Shown in pieces: positions 47,509 to 57,030 of a stretch of 64,000 nucleotides of DNA. The DNA comes from Nitrospirota bacterium (GTDB lineage Bacteria > JACPQY01): the NCBI GenBank assembly GCA_016180645.1, contig JACPAV010000003.1, positions 186,001 to 250,000 of the forward strand, in the 5' to 3' direction. Each line of letters begins with the position of its first letter. Within the stretch, counting starts at the first letter, position 1. The position numbers and the translations under genes are program-made. The notes beneath the pieces were generated by a model. The model saw only the letters and a list, made by a program, of their open reading frames with translations, was not told the DNA's origin and did no database searches.

Positions 47509-48435
47509 CTAGCCGAGCAGGGTGAGCACGCTCTGCTGGAGCAGGTTGGCCTGCGCCAGAAAGGCCATGCCGGCCTGCGTCAGGATCGACTTCGACGTGA
47601 AGTTCGCCACTTCCGACGCGAAGTCGACGTCGCGGATCTGCGAGAGCGACGCCGTCAGATTGGCATTGGTGTTCTCATCGCTCTTCTGCGCCTGGATGAA
47701 CGTATCCTGCGCTCCGCCCAGGGCGCCCCGGAAGAATGAGAGCGACTTCACCGCCGCGTCCACAGACGTCAACACGCTCTTGGCCGAGGAGATGGAAGAC
47801 ATCGTGCCAAGTTGCAGCATGCCGGCGTTCGTGGCGGCAGCCCCCGTAACGATTCCGCCGGCCACGCGCAACGAGTTCTCCACGGAGGAGATCCCGTTAC
47901 CGAAGACGAACGGAACCAGATTGTTCGCCGCCGGACCCAAGGCAAACTTGAGCCCCGACAGGGTCTGGCTCGTTGAAATCGATACGGCCGATCCGGTTCC
48001 ACCGGTCGAGTTCGTGGTGGCCATGAGCGAGATGCTCCCGTACTTGGTCGTGCTCAAGACGCGCTGGACTTCGCTCTTCAAATTGGTGAACTCGATGTCG
48101 AGCCCTTTCCGGCCCGCCGAGTCAACCGTACCGTTCGTCGCCTGCAATGAGAGCGAGCGCATCTTGTTCAGGATATCCACGACTCCCGACGTGGCGGAAT
48201 CCGCCATCTGGATCAGGTTGATCGCCTCGGCCGCGTTCCGCCCGGACTGGGCGAACCCGACGGCGTCCGCATTCAACCTCTGGGAGATGGCCAGCCCCGG
48301 AATGTCATCCGATGGACTGACGATTCTCAATCCCGAAGACAGTTTCTGGATGGAACTCTGAGCCGAAGAGAAATTCCGGTTCAGGTTGAGGGTCGCCAGA
48401 ATGGCGCCCATGTTGGTGTTGATTCTTGTACCCAT
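47509..48435 (-). CDS. fliC: flagellin 1 (308 aa)
   Basis: RINTN...KLSSGLRI..PSDD.PGLAI N-terminus; SQIRDVDFASE...LAQAN...VLTLLG C-terminus. Confidence 0.95.
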   Translation of the reverse strand: MGTRINTNMGAILATLNLNRNFSSAQSSIQKLSSGLRIVSPSDDIPGLAISQRLNADAVGFAQSGRNAAEAINLIQMADSATSGVVDILNKMRSLSLQATNGTVDSAGRKGLDIEFTNLKSEVQRVLSTTKYGSISLMATTNSTGGTGSAVSISTSQTLSGLKFALGPAANNLVPFVFGNGISSVENSLRVAGGIVTGAAATNAGMLQLGTMSSISSAKSVLTSVDAAVKSLSFFRGALGGAQDTFIQAQKSDENTNANLTASLSQIRDVDFASEVANFTSKSILTQAGMAFLAQANLLQQSVLTLLG

Positions 48436-48631
48436 GGTATTGCCTCCTTGCCTTTTGCCGACGGGCGATCAAACCCGTCTACTCCTTGTTGCCTTGTGGC
48501 CGTCGGAACGCTGTTTCCCTCAGGTTCCGTCGACCCTGTTCCTTTTGTGTTACGGTGTGTTACCTTGAATGCCTACTTTCTGCGAGAGGGGCATCACCCC
48601 TGGTCAGATTCAGGACCTCCTTTCCAAATGA

Positions 48632-48727
48632 ACCCCGTTAGAGGCTCTCACGAAGCTTCCGACCCCGTGCTACGCGAAAAAGGTTTGCCTCCCTCCCCGC
48701 CCCAAGCCGCAGGGCCTCTAACGGGGT
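48632..48727. repeat. 17-bp inverted repeat element
   Basis: ACCCCGTTAGAGGCYCT arms at 48632-48648 and 48711-48727; shares the GCCTCTAAC core with the element at 44892. Confidence 0.7.
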
Positions 48728-48857
48728 GAAGTGCCTTGTACACCAGAGCTGCCGTTCCCACGATGGTTGCCAGGCATGTGGCCACGGTGGTCAAAAGCAT
48801 GCCGTCCAGTAGGACATGACTCGCTCCGAGATACGCCGATTCCAAGTCAATAATCAT
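48648..48857 (-). CDS. putative small single-TM protein in the flagellin 1 leader
   Basis: 69-aa ORF with hydrophobic MLLTTVATCLATIVGTAALVY; ATG lies 12 nt after a sigma28 -10 box. Confidence 0.45.
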   Translation of the reverse strand: MIIDLESAYLGASHVLLDGMLLTTVATCLATIVGTAALVYKALHPVRGPAAWGGEGGKPFSRSTGSEAS

Positions 48858-48869
48858 CCTTGATCGACA

Positions 48870-48896
48870 AGATCGGACCGTCCCGTAGAAACTTTA
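48870..48896 (-). promoter_or_regulatory. sigma28 promoter for the small ORF and flagellin 1
   Basis: TAAA-N15-TCCGATCT. Confidence 0.75.
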
Positions 48897-48980
48897 GTTG
48901 TTTCAGCATCTTAGCAAACAGGCTTCGATTACCATGACAAGAATCTCCAACTTGTACGCCGGCTCACATAGGAACGCGAC

Positions 48981-49007
48981 TCAAGTCCGCGACCGGTCCG
49001 ACGATTC
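48981..49007 (+). promoter_or_regulatory. sigma28 promoter for the glycosyltransferase pair
   Basis: TCAA-N15-GACGATTC, ending 9 nt before the start codon. Confidence 0.6.
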
Positions 49008-49016
49008 TCGAAGTGG

Positions 49017-50483
49017 GTGAATATGCCGCGGAGGCCTATCCTATTCTGGGCAATGTGGCCGGATGAAATCTCGGCCCAGTTCGAGCGTTATTTCAAGGTC
49101 GTATATTTACAGGAACACCCGAACACCTATGCCGTCGGGCCCAATCATCGATTGGACCAGCGATTCGAGGATCTCGCGCGCACAAGCCCAGACACCCCAC
49201 GAATCTTCTTTCTTAACAGCTGGACCAAGTGCGACTCCCTGCTCGGCCTCGATCGAATCCACGCGCCAAAGGTGGCTTACCTCCACGACTCGCATTTCGA
49301 CCTTGAATCCTTCGACTGGGATCTGGCTCAGGGCTTCTCGCACGTACTCTTGGAGAACCAGATCTCGGTCGACTACCATGTGCGCCGCGGCGCCAGAAAC
49401 GTAGTGACGTGGTGCCCGCTCTATTTCAAGGGCACCCGTGCCGAGGCCCGACAATACCTCCCTTCGACGACTCGCCCGCTCGACGTGGTCTTCGTCGGAA
49501 ATACCAAGGAACAGATCCACCCGGGGCGCGTGGATTTTCTCCGTGCCTTGGAACGTCGGCTGGGCGATCGAGTTCGATGTTTCTTCGGCCCCGGAAATCT
49601 TCGAGAAATCTACCCGCGCGCCAAGATCGTCATCAATGAATCCTGGCGGCCTCAGACGGGATCTACGGACGCGGCCTACGGCGTCAATTTCCGCGTATTC
49701 GAAGCGATGGCCTGCGGGGCCTTCCTCCTGACAGACTCCCCGTCCCCTTCCATGTCCGTCCTCTTCAAGGAGGGGGGTCACTTTGCGAGTTTTCGCCATG
49801 GGGATGCCGAAGATGCCGCAGACCGGATCCAATACTATTTGTCCGCAGAGGGGGAAAGAGTCCGGATGGCTACGGCCGGCTGGGAGGAAACCTGTCGTCT
49901 GCATACCGTCGACGCTCGAGCGGATTCGCTGGTCCCCCTCCTGGAGGAACTGGCCGAGAAAGGCATGGGTGTCCCGGCCATGCCGCAGGGTCACACTCTC
50001 CCCCCCATCGCGGACGTCCTGTCCGCCGAAAAGGTCGAGAATACGGCCGGCCTCACGTCCGCCCGCGTCTCCTTCCACCTCGGTCGCGCCCTTCTGCGGT
50101 CGCTCCTGGCCTGGAGACAGCAGGGAGCGAGCGAGCGGAATTTCTATTTTGTTGAGCGCCTTGAAGAAGCCCACCGGCTGCTCCGAGATGCCCTCCGCTC
50201 CCCCGAATGGGCGGGAGCAGCGACCGCACTCCTCCCCGTGATCCGTTTTGCACTGGGGGATCGACAGGGTGCGATCGCAGAGTGGACGAGCCTCATGGAT
50301 TCACCTCCTTCGGCGCCCTACTGCGGCATGATTCTGGGAGTGCTCCTCGATCGGGTTGACGCGGTTGGCCGAAACGCCACACTGAAACGCCTTTCCCAGC
50401 TAGCCACCACCCGCCTGTCCAACGAGGAGAGCAGGATACTCGCCGAAATCGCCTGTCGTGCCTTCTACGCGGAAGCGGCGTGA
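49017..50483 (+). CDS. glycosyltransferase (CgeB/Glyco_trans_1_2-like), probable flagellin glycosylation
   Basis: DVVFVGN, YPRAKIVIN, NFRVFEAMACGAFLLTD, HTVDARA; located between flagellin genes. Confidence 0.85.
   Translation: MNMPRRPILFWAMWPDEISAQFERYFKVVYLQEHPNTYAVGPNHRLDQRFEDLARTSPDTPRIFFLNSWTKCDSLLGLDRIHAPKVAYLHDSHFDLESFDWDLAQGFSHVLLENQISVDYHVRRGARNVVTWCPLYFKGTRAEARQYLPSTTRPLDVVFVGNTKEQIHPGRVDFLRALERRLGDRVRCFFGPGNLREIYPRAKIVINESWRPQTGSTDAAYGVNFRVFEAMACGAFLLTDSPSPSMSVLFKEGGHFASFRHGDAEDAADRIQYYLSAEGERVRMATAGWEETCRLHTVDARADSLVPLLEELAEKGMGVPAMPQGHTLPPIADVLSAEKVENTAGLTSARVSFHLGRALLRSLLAWRQQGASERNFYFVERLEEAHRLLRDALRSPEWAGAATALLPVIRFALGDRQGAIAEWTSLMDSPPSAPYCGMILGVLLDRVDAVGRNATLKRLSQLATTRLSNEESRILAEIACRAFYAEAA
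49994..50066 (-). repeat. 73-bp REP-like element, copy 2 (in frame inside the glycosyltransferase)
   Basis: Reverse complement of 26832-26904, 65/73 identical. Confidence 0.85.
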
Positions 50484-50596
50484 ATCCGTATTACTTTTCC
50501 GATCGCCGTCCCCGAAGCGAAGCGAAGGAGGGCGGCGTGAATCCCCATCACTTTTCCGATCGCCGTCCGTGCAGCGAAGCGGAGGGGACGGCGTGA
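50477..50596 (+). repeat. tandem pair of a 56-57-bp hairpin element
   Basis: GGCGTGAATCC...CCGATCGCCGTCC...AGCGAAGCG...GG twice, closed by GGCGTGA; a third copy lies at 63020-63077. Confidence 0.85.
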
Positions 50597-51900
50597 GCGG
50601 GGTGGGACAACCCTCCAATCCACTTACCCGGCCATCCGACTATCCGTTTCTTGAACCCGGCGTCCTCATCGGTGAATTGAGCGAACAGTTCGGCAAAGCA
50701 GCCCGCAACCCTTCCCAATGGTCCGTCCTTGTCCACCAGTCCCTGAACGACGCCGAAGAGGCCGGCGGCGCTCGAATTCTTCAGCCGCTTGCCAGGATCT
50801 ACCTCTTCGCCCTCGTCAGCGTGGCCATGCGGGAGAATCGCGCCCAGGATGTAGACGCCATCCTGCGCCGCTACCTCCTGGCCGCCCCGGATGACTTTCT
50901 CCTCCTGTATCTTCATACGACTCTGTGCAATTTCCTGGGCTGCGACTCGTCGGATCGGCAGCGGCTGCTCCATTCCATCGCAGACGCCCCACGGCCGGAA
51001 GCCCCCGGCTTCGACATTCGTCCGCCGCGGTGTTCCCCCCCCCGGATTTCCATTGCGATTTCAACATGGAACCGTCTGGAGTCGTTGGGGCAAGCGTTGG
51101 ATGCCCTTCGCCACAACACGCGCCACCCCTACGAGGTGATCGTCTATGACAATGCCAGTACGGATGGTTCCCCGCGGGCCCTCCGCAATTGGCAGGAAAG
51201 CTTCCCCCAACTCGGAGTGATAAGTTCCTCCGGCCCCCGCGCCACATCGGAATCCTATAACCTGGCGCTTCGAGCGGCCAGAGGGGACATCGTCGGCTTT
51301 CTGGCGGACGACGTGGAAGTCGCTCCGGACTGGGATATTCAGATTTGCGATACCCTGAGCGGGCGGGCGGAAACGGGCGCCGCGCACTCTCTCGTGCTTG
51401 ATTCCGCCGGCCGGATCACCTTCAGCGGCACCTACTTCGGACACCTCAGCCGCAAACACGCGTGGATCAACGGCACGGCCAATCCGCATCCGCTGGAAGG
51501 AACCCTGCTGGGGCATGCAACCCTCCCATCCGAGCCGTGGAACGCCGATGTAGGAGCGTACCTCTTCATGCGCAGGGACGTGTTCGAGCAAGTCCATGTC
51601 TTCGACACGCGCTACTCCCACTACTGGGGAGACTACGACGCCAGCTACCAAATTCGCGGCATGGGATTGGAGATCAAGATATGCCCGCAAAGCCGGATGG
51701 TGGACCTCCAAGGCCGCGCTTTGGATTCGCCCCGCGAGGACGCCGCGGACGTAACCGCTCTCGCCGACCTCTTCTACGCTCCCGAACGCGTACTCAGCGA
51801 GCTACGGGCCCCAACTTCCGCCATGCTCCGATGCTTCCGTGATCGACTCCTGTTCGAATCCAAGTGGTTCGCCTACCGAAACAAATCACGTCCAACCTAG
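50593..51900 (+). CDS. glycosyltransferase family 2
   Basis: ISIAISTWNR, VIVYDNASTDGS, ARGDIVGFLADD, FDTRYSHYWGDYD; probable GTG start at 50593 after GGAGGGG. Confidence 0.85.
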   Translation: MSGVGQPSNPLTRPSDYPFLEPGVLIGELSEQFGKAARNPSQWSVLVHQSLNDAEEAGGARILQPLARIYLFALVSVAMRENRAQDVDAILRRYLLAAPDDFLLLYLHTTLCNFLGCDSSDRQRLLHSIADAPRPEAPGFDIRPPRCSPPRISIAISTWNRLESLGQALDALRHNTRHPYEVIVYDNASTDGSPRALRNWQESFPQLGVISSSGPRATSESYNLALRAARGDIVGFLADDVEVAPDWDIQICDTLSGRAETGAAHSLVLDSAGRITFSGTYFGHLSRKHAWINGTANPHPLEGTLLGHATLPSEPWNADVGAYLFMRRDVFEQVHVFDTRYSHYWGDYDASYQIRGMGLEIKICPQSRMVDLQGRALDSPREDAADVTALADLFYAPERVLSELRAPTSAMLRCFRDRLLFESKWFAYRNKSRPT

Positions 51901-51902
51901 CC

Positions 51903-51936
51903 AAAAAAAGCCCCCCACCACAGCGTGGCGGGGGGC
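51903..51936 (-). terminator. rho-independent terminator of flagellin 2
   Basis: Minus strand GCCCCCCGCCAC-gct-GTGGTGGGGGGC-TTTTTTT. Confidence 0.85.
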
Positions 51937-51962
51937 CGGGGGACTATCCGCGAAATTGCGGA

Positions 51963-52889
51963 CTAGCCGAGAAGCGTGAGGACTGACTGAGCCAGCAGAT
52001 TCGCCTGCGCCAGGAAGGCCTGCGAAGCCTGCACCAGGATCGACTTGGACGTAAAGTTCGCCACTTCCGTCGCAAAGTCGACGTCTCTCACCGCTGAGAG
52101 TGAGGCCTGGAGATTGGCGTTTGAGTTCTCATCGCTCTTCTGCGCCTGGATGAGCGTATCCTGCATGCCGCCCAGCGCGCCTCGGAAGAACGAGAGCGAC
52201 TTCACCGCCGCGTCCACGCTCGTCAGCACGCTCTTCGCCGAGGAGATGGACGACATCGTGCCCAGTTGCAACATTCCGGCGTTCGTGGCGGCAGCCGCCG
52301 TAACGATTCCGCCGGCCACGCGCAACGAGTTCTCCACGGAAGAGATGCCGTTACCAAACACGAACGGCACCAGGTTGTTGGCCGCCGGACCGAGCGCGAA
52401 TTTGAGTCCGGGCAGCGTCTGCGCCGCGGAAATGGAGGCGATGGAGCCGGTTCCGCCGGAGGAGTTGGTCGTCGCCATCAGCGTAATCGTGCCGTACTTG
52501 GTCGTGCTCAGCACGCGCTGAACCTCGCTCTTCAGAACCCTGAACTCGATATCGAGCCCCTGCCGGCCCGCCGAATCGATGGTGCCGTTCGCCGCCGAAA
52601 GCGCGAGCGAACGGACCTTGTTCAGGATATCCACGATGCCGGCGGTAGCGGAATCGGCCATCTGGACCAGGTTGATGCCCTCGGCCGCGTTCCGGCCCGA
52701 CTGCGCGTATCCCACCGCGTCTGCGTTCAACCGCTGTGAAATGGCCAGGCCGGCAATGTCGTCGGCCGGCCGCACAATGCGCAAACCGGACGACAGCTTC
52801 TCAATTGAACTCTGAGCCGAAGAGAAATTCCGGTTCAGGTTCAGGGTCGCCAGTATGGCGCCCATGTTGGTGTTGATCCTTGTGCCCAT
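51963..52889 (-). CDS. fliC: flagellin 2 (308 aa)
   Basis: Flagellin N- and C-terminal motifs; close paralog of flagellin 1. Confidence 0.95.
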   Translation of the reverse strand: MGTRINTNMGAILATLNLNRNFSSAQSSIEKLSSGLRIVRPADDIAGLAISQRLNADAVGYAQSGRNAAEGINLVQMADSATAGIVDILNKVRSLALSAANGTIDSAGRQGLDIEFRVLKSEVQRVLSTTKYGTITLMATTNSSGGTGSIASISAAQTLPGLKFALGPAANNLVPFVFGNGISSVENSLRVAGGIVTAAAATNAGMLQLGTMSSISSAKSVLTSVDAAVKSLSFFRGALGGMQDTLIQAQKSDENSNANLQASLSAVRDVDFATEVANFTSKSILVQASQAFLAQANLLAQSVLTLLG

Positions 52890-53091
52890 AGTAGTGTCGC
52901 CTCCTTGGAACCGCCCCTCCCAGAGCGGTTCAAATCTGACTTTTATTGAGGGAGAAACCTTCCCTCATTAAGTTTGGACAGTCAGTGAAGTTTTGAATCT
53001 ACGGACCAAGCCAACGATGCTTCAGCACATGTCACCTCCTAGTTGCTCCGTTCCTTGCCTGGCCGCTTCTTAAGAAACGGCCTTAATCGAC

Positions 53092-53184
53092 CTATCGGAA
53101 GCCTCATGGATAACTTTAATGTTATCAATAACTTAGAACACATTCTGAGGTTATCCTAAAGTTTGTTCTCAAGTTTGCCGATGT
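53092..53184. promoter_or_regulatory. divergent sigma28 promoters with an IHF-like site between them
   Basis: Minus: TAAA-N15-TCCGATAG (53092-53118). Plus: TAAA-N16-GCCGATGT (53157-53184). TATCAATAACTTA at 53123-53135 fits WATCAANNNNTTR. Confidence 0.75.
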
Positions 53185-53199
53185 CGAATAGGGAACCTT

Positions 53200-55677
53200 A
53201 TGAACGTTATGAACTTAAGCTTGCAGATCGCTCCAACTTTGACCCTCCAGCCCCCGCCCGATCAGTCTGAGAAGGAACGCAAAGTTCGACGGCCCCCCGA
53301 TCAGGCCTCTCCCCCCTCGGAACACGAAATCCGGGAAAACGATTCCGCCGATTCCGACTTCGCGACCATTGACATGATGTTCTTCAATGCAGACGGCGTT
53401 CCCGTCGTGGTTCCCTTCCAATTCCATCCCTTGGCCGTCACCGCGGAAGAACTGAAGAATGTCAGCCTCAACAATGCCCGGGCCCGGCTCTCCGACTCCA
53501 AAATCACCCAGGATATTCGATTCGCCTACTCCATGGTCGATGGAAAACTGGCCATCTCCGGCGCGACGACGGCAGCAAGCTTTGCGCCGCAAGGTGGAGC
53601 CACGGTGGATTCGTCTCCCGGAGACGCCGTCGTTCGGCAGACGATCAGCTTCATCGACTTGAAGAGCCTCAACGACATCGCCACCACCTCCTTCCTGTTC
53701 ATTCGACGACGGGTCCCCCCGATGATCCTGAACGACTCGATCCCCTCGGCGTTGAGGGCGAGGGATGCCTTGGACGAGATCGCCCGCTATCAATCCTCCA
53801 ATTCCATCCAATCCAACCTCGACTCCAATTCACGGATGGTGGGTCTGCGGATGGCCGCGTTCGAAACGGTCAAGTCCCAGCTCGCCGACCTCCGGAGCCA
53901 GGTCCGCCCCCTCCTCCGGGCCGCAAGTTTCGTCGTCAACGGCGTAGGCTCCTCGGACGATTCCATCGTCAGGGGCGCTGCGGACAATTCAGCCGCGGAA
54001 GGAATACTAAACGTGGCTGTAAAACAGGTCGCGCGCCCGCATATCATCGAGTCGGACGCCGTCAGCAACGCCAACACCGTCCTCACCAGCCTCGGCGGGG
54101 GTAATCTCTACGGCAGCTTCAAGATCAACGGCTACACGATCCTCGTGGATACCCGTGACAATCCGGAAGACCGAGATACGGTCGGCGCCCCCGGATCGCC
54201 CTACGGCGTCTCACCGAACGACTTCACGACAAGCGAACGCAAGGCCATCGCGGCCCGGATGCGCACGTTGCAAGGTATCGCCGACCAAATCAACTACGGC
54301 CTCGAAGACCTGAACAAGAACGGCATCATCGACGGCCCCATTCAGATGTCGCAACTCGGCCCCAACCTCTACGGTTTCATCCGCGTGTCGGAGGATCGGA
54401 TCGTCGATCCGAACGAATTCAGAACAAACTACATCGCCGACGATGACAAGCTGGAAAGCTCGCGGAACCTCGACGGGATCGTGACCACCCGTGCCGAACG
54501 TATCGGCGTAAAGGCCTCCATCCGGAACGGACGCCTTCGGCTTGAAAGTCTCGACCCCGCCCGGCGAATCACGCTGGAGAACACGTCCTCCCTCGGAGAA
54601 GGGAACATCATCCATCAGCTGGGGCTGACGTACAAGGACGCCCACCAAATCATCGAGAGCGACGAAACGGCTCTCACCTACAACAACTTCTCCTTCAAGA
54701 ATTCCGTTCAGGATGAGCAGCGTTCCATCGTGGTTTCCGCCGGCACGCGCCGAAGCGAATACTCCACCACCATCACCGACTTCCAGACCGGCCTGGACCT
54801 GCTTCTCGAAGGCACTTCTCATTCGGTCAAGATCCCTGTCACCCGAACGGGCTCGCTCAATCAGGGCACCTACATACGCGGAGCCAACAGCTACACGCGC
54901 TACTCCTCGGACACCGTCAATGAGCCGATCGACGACGTGGTCCGCAACCTCATTCGATACGGGGTGATCCTTCCTACGGAGTCGGACCGGCTCTCTTATG
55001 ACAATGAGACTCTGACCACGCGGTTCACGGCGAAGAACCTGTTGGAATCCGTCCGCACGTTCATTTCCACCTACAACGATACGATGCGCACAATCAATGA
55101 TCTCCTCGCGGGGAACCGTGCGCTTCTGGATGATCCCACGCTCGAATCGGTTCGCACCGATCTGGTCAGGGGCGCGGAGTTTCCTGTGGGAGTGCTGGAC
55201 AAGAATCAGGATGAACTCAAAGAAATCGGCCTCGAGAATTCGAAGCCGGAGAAGATGACCTTCCTCGAAACATCCGTCTTCTCCCTTCTCCAACGACTCC
55301 GGCTCGGCCCTGCCGCCGGGTCGAATGTGCCAAAGGGTGAGCGCTCGATCTTCGCCAAACTCGACTCCGTGGGGATCACCTCCCTTACGGATGATTCGCT
55401 CAAACTGGACGAACAACGTTTCCTGTTCGAAGCGAGCTACCGCCCCGACCGGATCCAGGATCTATTCATCCCCGAAAACGCACCCGGAGTCGCCGACCGA
55501 CTGGATGAGATTCTGCGTCGATTCACGAAGGATGGAACGGGGGCGATCGATCTCCACCTCACCCAGTTCCAGCGAATCCTTGACAGGCCGGAGGACGCGC
55601 GACGGCTGCCCCAGGAGGCCGGACGCATCCAATCGCTCCGGCTCAAGGGCGGGATCCTCAAGGACCTCCTGGTCTAG
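53200..55677 (+). CDS. atypical FliD-like protein (825 aa)
   Basis: FliD N-like SSDDSIVRGAADNSAAEGILNVAVKQVAR after a ~200-aa extension; FliD C-like FISTYND...LLDDPTL...VGITS...LKLDEQRF. Confidence 0.7.
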   Translation: MNVMNLSLQIAPTLTLQPPPDQSEKERKVRRPPDQASPPSEHEIRENDSADSDFATIDMMFFNADGVPVVVPFQFHPLAVTAEELKNVSLNNARARLSDSKITQDIRFAYSMVDGKLAISGATTAASFAPQGGATVDSSPGDAVVRQTISFIDLKSLNDIATTSFLFIRRRVPPMILNDSIPSALRARDALDEIARYQSSNSIQSNLDSNSRMVGLRMAAFETVKSQLADLRSQVRPLLRAASFVVNGVGSSDDSIVRGAADNSAAEGILNVAVKQVARPHIIESDAVSNANTVLTSLGGGNLYGSFKINGYTILVDTRDNPEDRDTVGAPGSPYGVSPNDFTTSERKAIAARMRTLQGIADQINYGLEDLNKNGIIDGPIQMSQLGPNLYGFIRVSEDRIVDPNEFRTNYIADDDKLESSRNLDGIVTTRAERIGVKASIRNGRLRLESLDPARRITLENTSSLGEGNIIHQLGLTYKDAHQIIESDETALTYNNFSFKNSVQDEQRSIVVSAGTRRSEYSTTITDFQTGLDLLLEGTSHSVKIPVTRTGSLNQGTYIRGANSYTRYSSDTVNEPIDDVVRNLIRYGVILPTESDRLSYDNETLTTRFTAKNLLESVRTFISTYNDTMRTINDLLAGNRALLDDPTLESVRTDLVRGAEFPVGVLDKNQDELKEIGLENSKPEKMTFLETSVFSLLQRLRLGPAAGSNVPKGERSIFAKLDSVGITSLTDDSLKLDEQRFLFEASYRPDRIQDLFIPENAPGVADRLDEILRRFTKDGTGAIDLHLTQFQRILDRPEDARRLPQEAGRIQSLRLKGGILKDLLV

Positions 55678-55718
55678 GTATGCTCGACGCGGTCACAAGT
55701 TGCGCTTTTCCTAACGGT

Positions 55719-55777
55719 GGTAGCCGCACCCTTTACGGGTGCGTCTTCGGACGCGGGCATAAAAGCCCGCGGCTACC
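55719..55777. repeat. GTAG-type REP doublet
   Basis: GGTAGCCGCACCCTTTACGGGTGCG...CGCGGGCATAAAAGCCCGCGGCTACC; homologous to 34517-34573. Confidence 0.8.
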
Positions 55778-55862
55778 AGCCAACGCCATTTCGGGTGCGG
55801 TGGGGTTGGCAAAAAAGTTCAAATTGTGACCGCGCTTGGTATAACCATCTTTGTGCCCGACG

Positions 55863-55892
55863 GCCCCCATCCACAGGAGCGTGGATGGGGGC
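55863..55892 (-). terminator. hairpin downstream of flagellin 3
   Basis: GCCCCCATCCAC-aggagc-GTGGATGGGGGC, perfect 12-bp stem. Confidence 0.55.
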
Positions 55893-55912
55893 GCGTCTTA
55901 GACGATTGCCGA

Positions 55913-56836
55913 CTACCCGAGAAGCGTGAGCACGCTTTGGGAGAGCAGGTTGGCCTGGGCCAGGAACGCCATGCTGGCCTGGCTCAGAATCGATCTCGAT
56001 GTGAACGCCGCCACTTCCGTCGCGAAGTCCACGTCTCGAATCTGCGAGAGCGATGCCGTCAGGTTCGTGTTGGTGTTCTCATCGCCCTTCTGCGCCTGGA
56101 TGTAGGTGTCCTGGGCAGCGCCGAGCGCCCCCCGGAAAAACGACAGCGATCGAACCGCCGCATCCACGGAGGTCATCACGCTCTTGGCCGAGGAAATCGA
56201 AGAGAACGTGCCTAGCTGGAGCATGCCGGAGTTGGTCGCGGTGCCCGTGACAATGCCACCAGCTACGCGCAACGAATTCTCCACCGAAGAGACGCCGTTT
56301 CCGAAGGACAACCCCGAGAGGACGTTCGCCGACGGTCCCAATGCGAACTTCAGCCCGGGGAGCGTCAAGCTCGTGGTGATCGACGCCAGTGAACCCGTCC
56401 CGCCGGAGGAGTTCGTCGTCGACAGCAACTGGATGCTCCCGTACTTTGTCGTGCTCAGCACACGCTGCATCTCGCTCTTGAGATTCGTGAATTCCGTGGT
56501 CAAGCCCACACGTCCCGCCGAGTCCACCGTTCCATTGGTCGACTGCAGCGCAAGGGTGCGGAGCTTGTTCAGGATATCCACAATTCCCGATGTCGCCGAA
56601 TCCGCAATCTGGATCAGCGTCACGGCCTCCGCCGCATTGCGGCCGGACTGGGCAAAGCCGATCGCATCCGCGTTCAACTTCTGAGAAATCGAGAGGCCGG
56701 GAATATCGTCCGACGGCCGGACAATCCGAAGTCCGGACGACAATTTCTGAATCGAGTCTTGAGCCGCCCCGAAGTGGCGGTTCAGGTTCAGGGTCGCATT
56801 GAGCGCCCCGATGTTGGTATTGATCCTTGTGCCCAT
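55913..56836 (-). CDS. fliC: flagellin 3 (307 aa)
   Basis: Flagellin motifs; TAAGGAGGT RBS. Confidence 0.95.
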   Translation of the reverse strand: MGTRINTNIGALNATLNLNRHFGAAQDSIQKLSSGLRIVRPSDDIPGLSISQKLNADAIGFAQSGRNAAEAVTLIQIADSATSGIVDILNKLRTLALQSTNGTVDSAGRVGLTTEFTNLKSEMQRVLSTTKYGSIQLLSTTNSSGGTGSLASITTSLTLPGLKFALGPSANVLSGLSFGNGVSSVENSLRVAGGIVTGTATNSGMLQLGTFSSISSAKSVMTSVDAAVRSLSFFRGALGAAQDTYIQAQKGDENTNTNLTASLSQIRDVDFATEVAAFTSRSILSQASMAFLAQANLLSQSVLTLLG

Positions 56837-57030
56837 GGTGTCACCTCCTTATGATCACACGCCTTCCGACAGCTCCAGGAATGGGCGCAGACAGTTCCGA
56901 AGGTGCGGACCGCTTTCCTCCGTCGGTCCGGCACTGTGCGCCTCCCCGGCTGAACGCAATGGCGTTGGCACTTACATCTTGACGTATTCTTTTTCAGGTA
57001 CGGTCGAAATCTACATCTCTGCCTCCTTTT

